Below are positions 49,282 through 63,716 of a stretch of 64,000 nt of DNA, piece by piece (position 1 is the first letter of the stretch; every line of letters starts with the position of its first letter). The translations under genes were made by a program, and so were the position numbers. The notes below the pieces were generated by a model, which saw only the letters and a program-made list of their open reading frames with translations, did not search any database and was not told the origin of the DNA. This DNA comes from Selaginella moellendorffii (lineage: Eukaryota > Plantae > Lycopodiophyta), in assembly GCF_000143415.4 (NCBI RefSeq), contig NW_003314266.1, positions 3,813,674 through 3,877,673 on the forward strand, written 5' to 3'.

Positions 49282-50822
49282 AGGGAGTTCTATGGCTGAT
49301 GCTGATGCCCTTTCTCGAGCTCCTCTTCCTTGTCCATTCTCTTCTCATGTTTTTGACAAGCCTGTTATTCTAGCCTTTGTGGATTTTCTAGACGAGGATT
49401 CTGTGCTGTTGGTAGTTGCTGTACTTGATGTTCTGTGTGCACAAGGGGCAAAGCAAGATCTACCTTCTTTTGATGAGGTTCGCGAGGCTAAAAATATTGA
49501 ACCGTGGATTCAAAGGCTTCGAGATGGGTTTGAGAATCCTGCATCACTTGCTGATGGCTTGCATTTCCAGCATTTACATTCTCAATATCGCCTTGAAGAC
49601 GGCCTTATTTATTTTGTGGGGATAAATCCTGATGATCATTTACGGCTGGTGGTGCCTTCTATCGTTATTCCGCGGTTTCTCCATGCCTACCATGATTCTT
49701 CTGTTCTAGGTGGGCATATGGGACATTGTCGTGTAATGGAGAAGCTGCACAAGTCTTTCTATTAGCCGAAGATGCGACGTGATATTATCCAGTATGTGCG
49801 TAGTTGCGTTTGGTGCCAAGCTCGTAATACTCCCCCTCAAGTTGCGAAATGACGGTTGGAGTCAATTGTAGTTTCCCATCCATTTGAGTTGGTAGTGTTT
49901 GATCTTATGGGACCTTTTCCACGGTCGACTGTTAGCAATGAGTATGTTATTATTGCTTTTGACTACTTGACTTGTTGGGTGGAAGTTGGTGCTCTTGCTA
50001 GTGCCTTTGCAACTGCTGTTGGATACTTCCTCCTCAATCAAGTGGTGTTCCAACATTCTTGTCTAGAGCGGATTCTTTCGGATAATGGTCCCGCATTTAT
50101 GGCTGAGGCATTTCATGTTTTAACGTCTTGGCTGGGGATACGCCACACTTTCACGAGTGCTTATCATCCACAATCAGATGGTTTGGTGAAACGGCTCGTT
50201 CGGACATTCAAGGGGATGATTGCGAAGTATGTGAACTTTCAGCATTCGGATTGAGATAGTTATTTGCCGTCTCTTCGGTATGCATATGTCACAGGGGTGC
50301 AGAGTTCTGTTGGTTCTTCACCATATAAACTTTTATATGGTCATGATCCAATATTACCAACAGAACTAAGTTTATCTTCGCGATTGCCACGAGTTACGGA
50401 TGCTAGGTCGTGGGATCAGTATTTGACGAGCATTCTTCCACTTTTCTGAGCAGAGTTTGCCGAACACTTAGGCCGTATACAAGTGGGACAACAACGGCAG
50501 TACAACTCCCATCATCGTCCACCTGTGGAGTACAAAGCGGATGATTTGGTGTTTCCATTTTCCCCATCTTACGGTATGTGGTTTATCTAAGGGGCTCCTT
50601 GTGCAGTGGAAAGGACCGTATCGAGTGTTGCAGCAAGTTGGACCACAAGTTTATGAGGTTCGGCATGACGTTCAGCAGGCTGATCCTCCAAAGATTGTGC
50701 ATGTGCAGTGGTTGAAATGCTTTATACAAAGGGATCAAGAGCAATTAATACCACCTATAGATCTGCCGATGCCTCCTCCTGACGTTCCTCCAGATCCCAG
50801 CCCATCTACAAGAGAACCCTAA
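49282..50822 (+). pseudogene. pol: C1 RNase H end and integrase, degenerate, no introns evident
   Basis: ADALSR, DLMGPF, SDNG, contiguous AYHPQSDGLV, WKGPY. Confidence 0.88.
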
Positions 50823-51059
50823 TGGTCTTCCATTATTCCGAGAGGAGGGGATGATGTGAGGGCCAAGTGTAAGGCTACGATGCCATATACTAATATTAGC
50901 GTAGTGGGATTTTGGTAGCCGTTGGATTGGTTTCAATCCGGACCACTTGCTCCTGTATAAGCTAGGGTTTTTGGGCTAATTGAGATGCACATTTTTGTAT
51001 TCCCTTTCCATATTCCAAGCACTCACACACACACACAGAAATATATATATATATGACAG

Positions 51060-54000
51060 TGCTATCATATCATATACAATTGTTTAGAAGATGTTGAAAG
51101 AGGAGATGGCAACACACAAGTGCTACAAAGTGATGGTGATAGGTGAGAATGATAATTTGCAATTATGATATTTGGCACTAACACTGTCATTGATATTGAC
51201 ATATAACAAATTTTTCATTTCATGTAAGTATGCAATTAACCTTCTTCTACCTCATCATCAATATATTGATTCTTTTTATGCTTCCTCCTATATTAGTATT
51301 GTGGGGAAGATTCATGTTACATTTGTTGAGCCATGGCTTTTGCATAGTTGAGGAGACTTCCAAAGCCTTCAATTCTAAAAACTCTAGATGACTGTGATCT
51401 ATAAAATAAAACTAAATATATATTGAAATCTTAATAAACATAATTTACCTCCTTGAGGTTGGAGGCAATTCACGAAATCCTTTAAGTTGGCATTTGAAAA
51501 AATAATGTTTTTCAATAGCAAACACTGACTTACCAAAGTCATATGCTACCTCCACTAACCCCTACCTATTGTGCAATTAATCACAACACCACTGATGGGC
51601 AATAGAGGTTAAGAAAGACTTGCATCGCTGATGGAATTTGAAATCAATACTCTGGAAATGTGTTGTGGATCTGCTCATCCACAAGGTTGGGTATGATGTT
51701 AGTGGAACTATCATACCTAGGCAAAATACATACTACACACTCACTATCATAAAACTTGTTATATGTGTTTTTGCAAAAGACATGATAGATCCACATCATA
51801 ACCTGGAAAATAAGAAAGTTTAGAAGATAGATAAAAATATAAAATACGTACTCACTTTTTTAAGCTTCCCTTGGACACCCCTAATATTGATGTCAATAGA
51901 ATCCATGATACACCCAAAAGAGAATGACTTGAAAAGAACTTCTATTGCACATATCATAAGCTTATACATCCAATTGGGGTTGTTCGGTAAGATGAAGATA
52001 ACATGGCCAACTTCAAGCATAAGTGCTTCGGACAAAAACAATGCATCACGCATGTGGTCAGGTGTGAGAAAGTTCTAATCCTTAACTTTCCTATCAATAT
52101 CTGAACGATCATTTGGAAAGTCTAAGAGAATGAAGTTCGCAACTAGGAGCAAAGGCTTTTGTATCTTTTAGCACCAATGGTTGAATTGGCACCATATATC
52201 CATGTTCATGTTGTCTTCTATGAATGATGTTAACAATCTACTGTAGAAGCCAATGAAAACACTCATAATGCTTTATTGTGTTATTGAGGAAACAAGACAA
52301 ACCTATAGAAGAGCTAAGTGAATGAAAAAGGCAATGAATAATATACTATTGTCATATGGCATGTTGTTGATGAGAGTTCTTCCAACTCCTCATTATGAAC
52401 ATCTTGTCAAGCTAGAATGAAATTACTATCAACAATAATTGCTGCAAAAACCATATATTACCACTTTTGGTTTGTAAAATTCACTTTTGCTTACCTTGAG
52501 GTCGACATGATATTCTATGAACCACTTGATCATTGTTATTTATTGGTGGAACCTGATCTGGATCTTAGCTATTTAATGGTTGAATTGGAGTTTGATCCTA
52601 GTTGTCTAGTGGTGGAACGTGAATGATCTAGAGCTTCTTCATCCTCCTTTCCATCGTTACTTGCATCACTATTGTTGCCACTATTAACAACTTCCTCCTA
52701 GTCTAATGTAAAGGTTTCCTTCCTTAGGAGCTCTAACTCCTAAAGGCATTCTATCATCTGTGCTTTTAAAACTCTCACAAACATTGTTAGGTACATTCTT
52801 CTATCGCTTACACCCTTTACAACAAGTCGAGTATTGGTACCTCAAATGACATACCTCTATATCGAAGATATCTGTAAACAATATATATTTAAAAAAAGTC
52901 TTAGAAATCATGTTATACCTGTAAGCTGCATGTCATATGAAATAAGGTTAACCATGTTGGCAATCATAAGTTGTTGTGATTGTAGACTTCTTTGGCAGCC
53001 ACCCCTCTTCGATCCTTTCCAATGATGTGTTGATGTAGGTGTCGAAAGACATGAATGTGCCATTTGGATCATCACCAATGTACAGTGCCAAGAACTTTTC
53101 ACCTTCACCTATAGTTTGCGTGATATAGATAGCCCTTCTCATCATGTTCTCAAATAGTTTTGGCTATCCTTTTTTTTTGTTCATCAAGCAAACATTAAGG
53201 AATTCCAGAGCCTCTATCTGTTGCTTATATAAAAGCTTTAATTTTGTGATATTGTAAATCATAGCATCTGGAGTTTTGTTCACTACAAAAGTAACATATG
53301 TGTAATTCAGAAAAATAAAGCGTGATAAAAAACTTACGTTTATGAGAAGCAATTTTGACTATAGTCTTTAGCCACTTCTTCAGCTAACGATTGTCTGCAA
53401 TGCATATTAATTTCTTCAACTTTGAAGACTTTGCATGCTGAATTTTATGCTCAATTTGTACGAGCTTAGCCGAGAGCTCTTCCCGACTCTTCTTTAGATG
53501 CACAAGTTCATAAACATCTTGCTTGACCTTCACCAAAGGCTAGAAACCAAAACAATAAAAATAAGCCCTTATAAAGTGAAAGGGAAAGACATATCTTGCA
53601 CTATACAGTGAGCATAAAATTGATTAAGTTGTTGAACCATGTTGTACCATCATTTTAAATGTATGAGTGCCAAACAAGTGTTGTGAGATTATCACCATAA
53701 TGTTGGCAAATGTCATTCTTACTCAAGTCTACCAAAAATTGAAGTTGCTTAATGTCATGGACAAGGTTTTACTTTTGAACAGTGAACTACCCAAGCTTGC
53801 ATTTAAACATGTTATAACAAGTTAAAATGGAGTTAGAGATGAAATTATAAAATTACACATTGATTTTTTGGCAAGCCAAGATAAGTTTCTTGATATCCAG
53901 AGATCCCCTTGCATAGACATGGCCAACTGGAACTTTGATATGATAGGTGGGATCATTGCGAAAATGATCGTCAATACACTTCATCCAAGCCGTTACTATT

Positions 54001-55240
54001 AATAATTTGGAACATTATCCTTGTAAGCTATCGAGTCTTAAGATATTTAATAAGCATGTTATCAAATTCAAGGGATTTCCTCCTCCAAATAAGATTCTAG
54101 TTATTCACAATCTTAGGTGTGACAGTAATGATCTTCGTTGTTCTTGGCTTGCAAAAAGAGACTAGAAACATACCATTTGTTGTAAAGCCATTCTATTTGA
54201 ACAAGTTGTATATGTCCAGGTTGACATACTTGGATGCTATGCATACAAGGTTTGTCTGTTGCAAATGGCAAAGAGGGATTTCTCTGATTAAGTCACAAGG
54301 GCTTGGCCACTTGAGCGCCTCAAGTGTTTAGTGAACTGCTTTTTCCCTTGTTCACATAACAACCTCTTGAAAGCACTTATCCATCATATTATTAGGAAGG
54401 TTTGCAACTCTTTTAGCTCCAAGTTATTCATCAAGTTCCCTATCATGAACACCATTAAATTGCCCAACTTTAGGTATTTGTGCTGGTGGTGGGCTAGTGA
54501 GGAGTAAAGGTGGACGTGGTAGTGGTGATGTGGTGGTGATGGTGGTGGAGGCAATGGTGGTAGTGGTGGTGGCAATAGTGGGGGTAGCAGTGGTGATGGT
54601 GGTAGTGGAGGTGGTGATGGAGGAGGAAATGGTGGGGGTGGCAGTGATGATGGTTATGGTGGACGTGGCGATGGTGGTGGAGGTAGTGCATCTCTAAGCA
54701 ATTGTGTCTTTATTAATGTGCTAATGGACATATTGATTGTAATATCTTTATTAGTGTTGAATTCAGCTTTTCATGTTTTCTTAGCTCTAACAACCTTTTT
54801 AGGTGGTTCTATTTTCCTTTTTTACAAGAGAAGAAATTTTGTTAGTCAAACTAAACAAAGATAATAAAAGATTCAAACAATCAAAGACAAAAAGAAAAAA
54901 TATCAAGCAAGCACAAACTCCACCTCGAGCACTTTGGCTGCCTAAGAAGCCAAAGTGCCTGAGGTGGCCAACCCGAGTTCAACCTCAAGCACTTTGATGG
55001 CCCAAGGGGCCAAAGTTATTTGAATAACCTCAGCCCCCTAGGTGGGTAGCCCAAGTTTGACCTCGAGCATTTTGATGGCCCAATGGGCCAAGATTATTTG
55101 AATAACCTTGACCCCTCGAGCGGCCAAAGTACCTGAGGTGGTCGGCCCAAGCTTGAGCTTTTGTACACTCCACTCACGGCTCAAATAGTAACCTAATCTT
55201 GGCAGCTACTAATCTTGACAGCTGCCCTAACCCTAACCAT
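51060..55240 (-). mobile_element. Unassigned decayed TE-like region with a Pro-rich low-complexity tract (54500-54690) and imperfect tandem repeats (54920-55160)
   Basis: Fragmented ORFs only; may be an accessory gene of the adjacent Mutator-like remnant. Confidence 0.3.
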
Positions 55241-56499
55241 TCATTCCGAATAAGCTAAATCTCAACCATCACGATATCTTCGATCTTATTTTATCTTATC
55301 ATTATTATTATATGTGAATTATGGTTCTTTATTTTGTATATTTTAATGACGATTTAACTAGCACCTATCAATATTTCTGTTATTAGAGATATGATATTAT
55401 ATTATTTTTTTCCAAATTATCTAGAAAAGATACATTCTCATCAATATTTTTTACATATTTTGGAATCATTACAAAACTTTAAAGAGCATAAATAAGGCAC
55501 ATTAAAATATTTTGTAGTATATTAATCTATAAATGGATGAATCCTCACCCAGAAATTTATTTTGTGTTGTATTAGATCCTAAAAAATAGGCATGTGCTTT
55601 AAATGTCATTGAGCAATATTCACAATTATGGATAAAACTTGAGTTATACTAAGAATCAAATCTATCATTGAAGAATAAGATTTGACAATATTTATTATCA
55701 TTTAGCATTTAAAATTTGACAACTTAGCACATCACATATGCTGACAGTTGGATTGGATCTTTTAGATTGACATGCTACAACAGAATATCATTACTAATAT
55801 TATTATTGATTATCAAACTTCATGTGTTGAAACTCCTTCCTTGGATCTATGTGCATACATGCATCAGACATCATAATAGATGACACTAATATTAATATTG
55901 TCACACTTGCACATGTTAAATTTGCTATAAAATTTAAATTCATTTTATATGTTGTCTCTTTATGCTAAATCCATAGTGAAACATAATTAAAATTTAAGAA
56001 GAGCAATAAAAAGAATGTCAGAGAAAATTCCAAAACCTATTGAGAAGGATAGATAGGTTTCTTCTATATTTTTCAGATCACCCACCTCTTTCATTCTATT
56101 AAAGTATTGTTTTCAAAAGTTTTTTATGTTAGCCTCTTAATCTTTGTTTTAGCTCTATTTTTTTAGAGGTTGTGATTTGCAACAACACTTGTATAATTGC
56201 ATGCTTAGAGTTTTTTCTTTTCAGTGTGGGTGAGGGCAAACAACAATAGGATTTGAAGAATTCTAAGTTGAAGAAGATTTGGATTTTTGGATTTCCAATC
56301 AAAGTGCTAAAATATACTATAGCAAAAGTGAATGTGAAGTAAGAGTCAGTTGTTATCCTTTTATCCTCTTTTAGTTCAAATGGAGAAATTATATTAGTGT
56401 CAATGCCGAATTCTCCAACTTTAGCAATATTCAAAGCCATTAGCAATGCTTTCCAATTTTTACGCATTTCAATTGATGTGTACTTATTTTATATAGGCT

Positions 56500-58380
56500 T
56501 GTGAGCGAGCTTTTATCCTACAATGGCAACATTTTCTTCGAGCTACCACCTCTTGTCAATTGTATAGGTTCCAAATAGAAGGGGATGAAACTAAGCAGGA
56601 TATCCACAATTAGTGCAAGATCAAGATCACACACTTCTAACATTTCGAAAGCACAATGTTTATAGTTCATTATGGTGTGTATTTAAATTATATGGATGAA
56701 GCATGCAATCAAGATCGCTGTAGAAATTCTATATTTTTCAAAGGGTCTGTAATCAATCTTTCTATCTGTGACACCATTGCTATTGGATTCAAATGTCGAT
56801 TCTGCAAAACTACTCCTCTATGTCATGTTATCTACAAAGCTAAAATGTACTACTTTCTTCCATGGGATGGAATGGTTGGAAGAGCTACAATGCATATTGG
56901 CACACATATGCATCCAATGAAAGAAGGGATACAAAAGAGTTCTCTCAACTGTTTTAAAGATGTGTAAAAAGAAACTATGAGAAACTCATCTATAAGTTCG
57001 AAGCATGTTCAAAATACCATCCTCAAGGATTTTATTGCAAATACCTTACTCAATCTGAGCTGCCAAAAGACTCAACTAAACAAGGCTAGCTTGCAAGATT
57101 TACTACGAAGAGTACAACTTGCTACTAGCCTAAGAAAGTATGTTTATTGTATTTCATATGGTACAATAATATTTATTTTCTAACATTATATTGTTTAGGA
57201 TAAAATTTTGGATGTGTGAATCTTGAGAGAGGAAGTTGCAATAAAAAATTGACTCCATCCTTGAACTGAAATGGACCTATCCATACGAGCTCATTTATGA
57301 AAGTTTGTTTCTAGACTAAGTTGTGAATAAGTAAGAGCATCCCTTCGTTTTCAAGATGTCTATAATAGGCCTTACCTCTAGTGTAGATCTTATCTCCCAA
57401 ATAGACATGTTTAGGTTTAGTGACCTTGGAAATGCATAGATACATTTTGACCATATAGAGTGTGTATCAGGTTGGACAACTATGGGAGCTCATGTGTATG
57501 ATCCAAGTAATTTTTATTCTCATTATATTGAAATGGTTGTAATATTTGTGTTTTCACAAGCTATGTTATAACTTGACAATTGCAATAGCAAAGCTTAAAG
57601 TAGAAAACCAAATAGACCAGGAAATATTTTGGAAGTCCCTATTTGATATTATACTAAAGTAGACTAGTAAACTTGCAAACTTTCGCAATTTCATGGTAGA
57701 TAAGGCTGGTGCAAATTAAAATGGCGTTTGAGTAGTTTTTGGGAATGGTCAGCCATTGGAAGGTCGTGAGAGGACTTGTGAGTTTTATTGGGCTCAAAGC
57801 CTAAACCAACATTACCACCTTATCAAACCAGAGTTTCAATCAATGTTTAAAGAGTTGTGCAAACAATGGCAAGTTGCATCTTCTGAAGAAGAGCATGAGG
57901 CAAAAGCAAATAAGATTTGAATGTGGTGGCATAAAGATAAGTTGTTTACCACAACTTGAATCATAGTTAGGGTGGTGGGAAGTTAAGATGTTCTAGTGGG
58001 GACATCACTCTCTTCAAGTTGGTTTCTATTAGTTTTTCTTCTCATTTTATTGCTTCTTAATATTGCCTTTTTTATTAGGATTAACCACTTGAGGACCTCG
58101 CATACACCCCAACTGTGAATCTCTCCAAAAGTAAGCATTCCCTTGAGGTAGGGAAAGGGAAGATGAGTTTATATAAAGTTTAACTATCAAATTTAATATG
58201 TGCTATAAAGTAATCTTCAAAAGCTTTAGCATTCAAGGAAGGCAAATACATGGGAACATAGCCTTTTATTGAGATATTACATGATAGGATGAAGAGAAAA
58301 TTAACTCCACCCACTCGAACAGTGGCAACTGCAATTGAGGAAGTGGTCCAAGACACATCTATGGAGTACACTCCTTAGGC
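56500..58380 (+). pseudogene. Decayed Mutator-like (DDE) transposase with a Cys/His-rich N-terminal part
   Basis: Fragments CRFC..HMHP, FVFKMS, FDH..WTTMGAHVYDP, NFMVDKAGAN, RERTCEFYWAQSL, with stops and probable small introns; family assignment is from motif recall. Confidence 0.5.
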
Positions 58381-58396
58381 TTCTATTGGTGATATA

Positions 58397-58681
58397 TGCT
58401 TTATTTTGATAAAGTGGAACTTATTCAGTAAAGTGGAACATTAATTAGCATGTGTCCACATGCCATTTCCTAGTACTTAATTAATATTTATTAATATTGC
58501 TATCAGTTTTTTAATTTATTTTTTATATTTCACAATATTATAACACAAAATTATATGAAAAGTTTTTAATTTATAAATTATAAAGCTAAAACTTCAATTT
58601 TTTATTGTTGTTATAAAAATGGCATGTGGCCACACACCATAAGTGGGATAATGAAAAGTTCCACTTTAACAAAATAAAGCA
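58397..58681. mobile_element. MITE with ~25-bp TIRs flanked by TA (Tc1/mariner, Stowaway-like)
   Basis: TGCTTTATTTTGATAAAGTGGAAC ... GTTCCACTTTAACAAAATAAAGCA; AT-rich interior. Confidence 0.7.
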
Positions 58682-58689
58682 TATATAGG

Positions 58690-61103
58690 GATTTTATCTC
58701 ATGAAAACAAGATTAAACACTGTGATGCTATTGACCAATACATAACAGCACAATTGCTTGATCCTCAAAATGAACCTGAAATTTCTAAAATAATTATATC
58801 TCATATGATACATGGTCCATGTGGGCCTCTTTACCCTGTATGGAAAATGGCACTTGCTCAAAAGGTTATCCAAAAAAATTTAATTATGAAACTACTTTTA
58901 GTATTGATGGATATCCAGATTATTATAGATCTGATAATGGCCGTACATTTCTAAAAAATGGGTGTTATATTGATAATCATTGGGTAGTGCTTTATAATAA
59001 ATACCTTTGTAAAAAATATAATGCTCATATTAATATTAAAATTTGTGCTACTATAAAAAGTATTAAATATTTATTTTAATATGTTTATAAAGGTCATGAT
59101 TGTGCTACAATTGAAATCCATTTAGCAACCCAACAACTTAATAATATTTTAAATTGGGATGAAATCTCAACATTTTTAAATACACGTTATGTATCTGCTC
59201 CAGAGGCAATATGGAGACTTTTTAAATTTAAAATGCATGGTCATTCAACCCCTATAATCCGTCTTCCTATCCATCTTCCAAATTTTCAAAACGTCTATTT
59301 TATAGAAGGTTCTGAACAAATAGCACTTCAAAAAGCTACTCAAAATGGTACGATGTTGAAAAAATGGTTTGAATTAAATATAAATCAATCAATCAATTGC
59401 TAGACAAATGCTAGACAATATACATATCCTGAAATCAACAAATCAATATTGATTGATTGATTAATACAAATGCTAGACAATATACATATCTTGAAATCCC
59501 TTTATATTATACATTTAACCCTTATACTCATAACTAGCAAATTTGACATACAATAAATGTCATTCCCCGAATGTATTTTGTGTCGCCATCTAATGTTGAA
59601 CTATATCATTTACGTCTTATTTTACATCTGAAAATATTGTTAACTCAACACAAATATATCAAAATGTTGAACAAAATATTCCTCGATTTAATCAAGAACA
59701 GTTATATATTTTTAATGATATTTTTAATGTTATTGATCACCCAGCTAAGCATAATCGATACATTTTCATTGATGGCCCTGGTAGTACTCGTAAAACATTT
59801 CTTCTTAACACTTTTATAAATATTTTACAACTGAAAAAAAATAAATGTTGTTAGCATGGCTTGGACAAGAATTGCAAATACTTTATTTTATAATGGCCGA
59901 ACTTCACATATTACTTTTAAACTTCCTGTTCCAATAAATTAAACATCAACTTCTGCTATAACTGCTAATAGTGAAGTAGGTATAAGAATTTAAACCACTA
60001 ATGTATTGTTATGGGATGAAATAAATATGGTTTATACTCATGCATTCACTGCTGTTGATCGAGTGTTGCGAGACCTAAAAAATACATCATTACCTTTTGG
60101 TGGCATAATTGTTGTCACTAGTGGGGACTTTAGATAGACACTTCCAGTCATTCCACATGGACATAGAGCACAAATTGTTTCAAGTTCTGTAAAAATGAAT
60201 AAATTATAGAAATTATTTAGAAAGTTATCTTTGAAAACAAATATATGACTTGCTGAAAGTGATAAATCATGGTTTAAATGGTTTCTCAAAGTTGGAAATG
60301 GTGAAAATTTTGAAAATTTACCATCTTTACCTTCTAACTCCATTTTATTACCTTATACACAACTAATTTATTCATTAATTATTGATTTTGTCTACCCTTT
60401 AGTACTTGATATTTCAAACCCTTATATTGCAACCAATTGAGTCATACTTACCCCACTTAACGATGATACATTTGCAATCAACAACACTATTGTCTCTAAA
60501 TTACAAGGTGATACATACATCTACAAAAGCATTGATTTTGTTAACACTGAACATCCTGAAAAATTTCCAATAGAATTCTTAAATTTTATCACATCTTCTA
60601 GTCTCCCACCACATAAACTCTCTCTCAAACAAGGTGTTATTTTTATCTTCCTAAGAAATATGTTTCTATCAGCATGACTATGCAACGGCACACATCTCAT
60701 CCTGAAAAATGCACTACCAAATGTTTTAGATTGTGAAATTGTGATGGGGCAATTTAAAAGGACAAGAGTTTTTATCCCAAGTATCACACTAATACTATCA
60801 AATACAGAAATTCCATTCAAAATGTCCAGACGACAATTTCCAATTTGTTTGGGTTACTGCTTAACAATTTCCAAATGCCAAAGACAAATATTTGACCGAG
60901 TTAGAGTTTCCTTGCCCCACCCAATTTTCACTCATTGGCAACTTTATGTGACTTTATCAAGATGCACATCACACTTGGGCATTAAAATTCAAAACACCAC
61001 ACACCAAAGCCCCTTCCTCAAGATCCTTTTGTTTTTACAATTAACACTATCTATAAAGAGGTTTAATATGTAAACCACCTAGCATTTGTTGGGCAAGTAC
61101 TCG
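58690..61103 (+). mobile_element. Helitron Rep/PIF1-helicase remnant (pseudogene)
   Basis: HMIHGPCG, CSKGYPK, NAHIN..C..IKYLF*YVYKGHD; decayed Walker A DGPGST, WDE, PFGG..GDF, RRQFP..LTISKCQ, QLYVTLSR; possible decayed 3' hairpin at 61078-61093. Confidence 0.85.
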
Positions 61104-61649
61104 TATTAAACATAGAATCTAGCACATCTGGTCTTCTATCCTCCGCTTAAGCTATGACAATTTAGCAAAGAGATCCATTCCAAAGACTCTAGGTCAAGTC
61201 CTCCATGGTCTTGGTCAGTGCGTCAGAACGAAAAACTCCTGCGTCCCAAGGGATCTGCAAACCCGTGTGCATGACACGCAGGAGCTCCTTGATTGCCTAG
61301 TTGCCTCCTTGTAAGCCTCTAGAACCGACTCGGCCCTGCTAACCAGCGCCGTCGCCAGTGCCACTGGCAATTCCCCGTCCTGGCCGGTATCTAATTGCTC
61401 TAGAATCGGCAGAAGCCGCTCGCAAAACCCCACAAAGCTCCGGACACTCAAGCTTAGTCCCAGCACTGTGCTGGAAATCCTGTCGATCCGATCAAGAACC
61501 TAGCCCAGACCGATCAATCCGCCGCTGTGCCGCAATCCCATCTCTGGCTATCAGGGCGTTAGGGCAGTTTTTCCCTACATCGTACGGAGTGTCCGCCACG
61601 CAAATTATTAACTGATTATCTTCTGATTTATGGTGCGATCAATTTTCAT

Positions 61650-63716
61650 TTAATATGAAGTCGAGTTTTGATATCTCGAGAGCAAAGGTTCTCTGCAATC
61701 CATTTTAGCATCCAGCAAATTTACCACCTGAGAAAGTTAAGAAACTTGCATAAGAAATGCCATTGATGGAGATTTCTAAGTTCTTACTCGTTCCATGTTG
61801 GGCCTTTCATCTGGCGCTCTTCGCACACACAAAAATGCTGTGTACATCATTCTTCTCATCTCATGGGCATTGAGAATTGTCAAATTTGGATCCACCAGCT
61901 CATGAGTAGCACCGGTTTTCTCAAGAAAATGTGCCTGTTTAACAAGTTATCATCGATTATCACCTGTGAAAGATCCATACCCAATGTACCAAGCTTTGCT
62001 CTTTTGATGTAAGTGTGAAATCAATGGGAGCTCTTCCAGAAATTAGCTCTAAGAGCACCACTCCAAATGCATGAACATCCGTTTTTTCATTGCCATATCC
62101 ATGAACCATGTACTCTGGAGCCATATAACTACGAGCATTCACACATTTACAGTAAGCGAGTTTGTAAAGAAAATCTTACCCAAAAGTTCCAACGAGTCCA
62201 CTGGTTGCCTCGTTACTCCATCTTGCAAAGCCAAAATCTGAGATTTGTGCATCAAAGTCATGAGAGAGCAATATGTTGGAACTCTTCACATCTTGATGGA
62301 TTATATGATGAGGAGCAAGATTATGAAGGTGGTGAAGGCCTCTTCCAGCTCCAAGTGCTACTTTTTGTCTCTTTTTCCAGCTTAATACCTTTCTTTTACC
62401 TGGAAAACATATTATAAAAATGAAAAAAAGAAAAGGAAATAACTGACCATAAAGATGATCTTGAAGGCTCCCATTTTGCAAAAACTTGTAGACCAGCAGC
62501 CTGTGTGTTCCTTCAGAACAGAAGCCAATAAGCGATACCAGGTTCTGGTGACGAATGTAAGATATGAACTTGATTTCTCTTGAGAATTCTCGTTGACCGG
62601 AGTTGCTATTTAGCAAATGTTTCACCGCAACAATGGTTCCATGTTGAAGAGTTGCCTTGTAAACATGAGAACAACCCCCACTTCCAACCAAGTTTTCTGG
62701 AAAGATAAAAATAGTTTTGGAAAATATCGAATATAAATAATTTGGTTACCCATTGCAAAGTGTCCAGTGGCTTGGAGCAACTCCTCGTATGAGAATTCTT
62801 TGACAGATACATTTTCTGATTTTGGATTTCTTGAGAGAGTTCGGTCTTTAAGCACCGTGGTGGGTGAGCCTGATTCTGAGGACCATGATAAATCAGAACT
62901 TATATCAGCTGAGAAACTCAAGACTGTTTCCATAGAACATGAGCTTGATGATGCTCCGCTACTCCGTCTTGAGTTTTGGCTCTCTTCCTTTTCCAACTTA
63001 TTCTCCTTTTGAAGTAAGGATTTTAGTGTGTGATCTTTGCCTTTAAAACAAAATCATTAACAAGAGAAGCAAACGATATCTATACTCACAATTAGCACAA
63101 CCAGATTTGACTTGCATCACTTTTCCCTTGCGAACGACCATGACAGAACAGTAGGAAGGTAAATTTCTTACACAAGTTTTTCCAATTTTGCTCATGGTCC
63201 TGAACAAAGAACCACAGATTTTTATGATGTAAACCGAAAACAAACCTGGAAATAAATTGCCTTTGCGAATTCCCAAGAACAACCAATGTTGCTTTGATTT
63301 TTCTGGCCTCTTGAACGATTCCATTGCAAATATCTGAGCTCTGGACTACTACTGATGAAACAGTCACCTGTTTTTTACAAATGCATCAATAGAAATTCAC
63401 ATGTAAAACTCAAACCTTTGGAGTTCTCAAATGAATGTCAAGCAAAGCTTGACAAATGGCCCTGTCGAAAGATAATCCAGCTTGATACCTTTGCAAGTCC
63501 TCTGTAGTAGCTTTGAAGAAATAAGAGGCACTTGAAACTTGAGTGAAATTATTTACCTGAGCTTTGAAACACATGCAAGAAAGTGATGTGATCTTTCCTC
63601 TGTGCAAACTTGGATAACAAGAGCTTGAGAATTCCATGAATCTCGCCAGTTTCCTTAACAGCCACCAAGATTCTAGCACTCGAATTGAGAAACTGCTTCA
63701 ACCTTTTAGATCCCAT
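61650..63716 (-). CDS. Host receptor-like cytoplasmic kinase with an N-terminal USP-like domain (RLCK-VI-like), 10 exons
   Basis: GT-AG introns at 63511-63556, 63368-63415, 63200-63245, 63041-63089, 62697-62749, 62400-62447, 62129-62179, 61935-61980 and 61728-61787 give one frame: ILVAV..ITFLHV..LVVLG (USP-like), [40 protein letters not shown]. Start codon and first acceptor are uncertain. Confidence 0.88.

Larger units (their letters stand above)
29179..51027 (+). mobile_element. Older non-chromovirus Ty3/gypsy element C1 (host of nested A2 and B2)
   Basis: Short LTRs at 29179-29352 and 50855-51027; PBS TGGTGGAGGTGAGGGG (tRNA-Ala-like) at 29354; PPT AGAGGAGGGGATGA at 50841-50854; decayed gag-pol; no chromodomain evident. 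Confidence 0.88.

Noticed and set aside
54494-54697. His-rich and Val-rich ORFs
   Set aside because: Alternative frames of a degenerate (GGT/CCA)n tract.
55224-55238. CCCTAACCCTAACC telomere-like motif
   Set aside because: Only about two units; not meaningful alone.
61215-61615. GC-richer short ORFs between the Helitron and the kinase gene
   Set aside because: No ATG-initiated model or recognisable domain; may be a gene fragment but unsupported.
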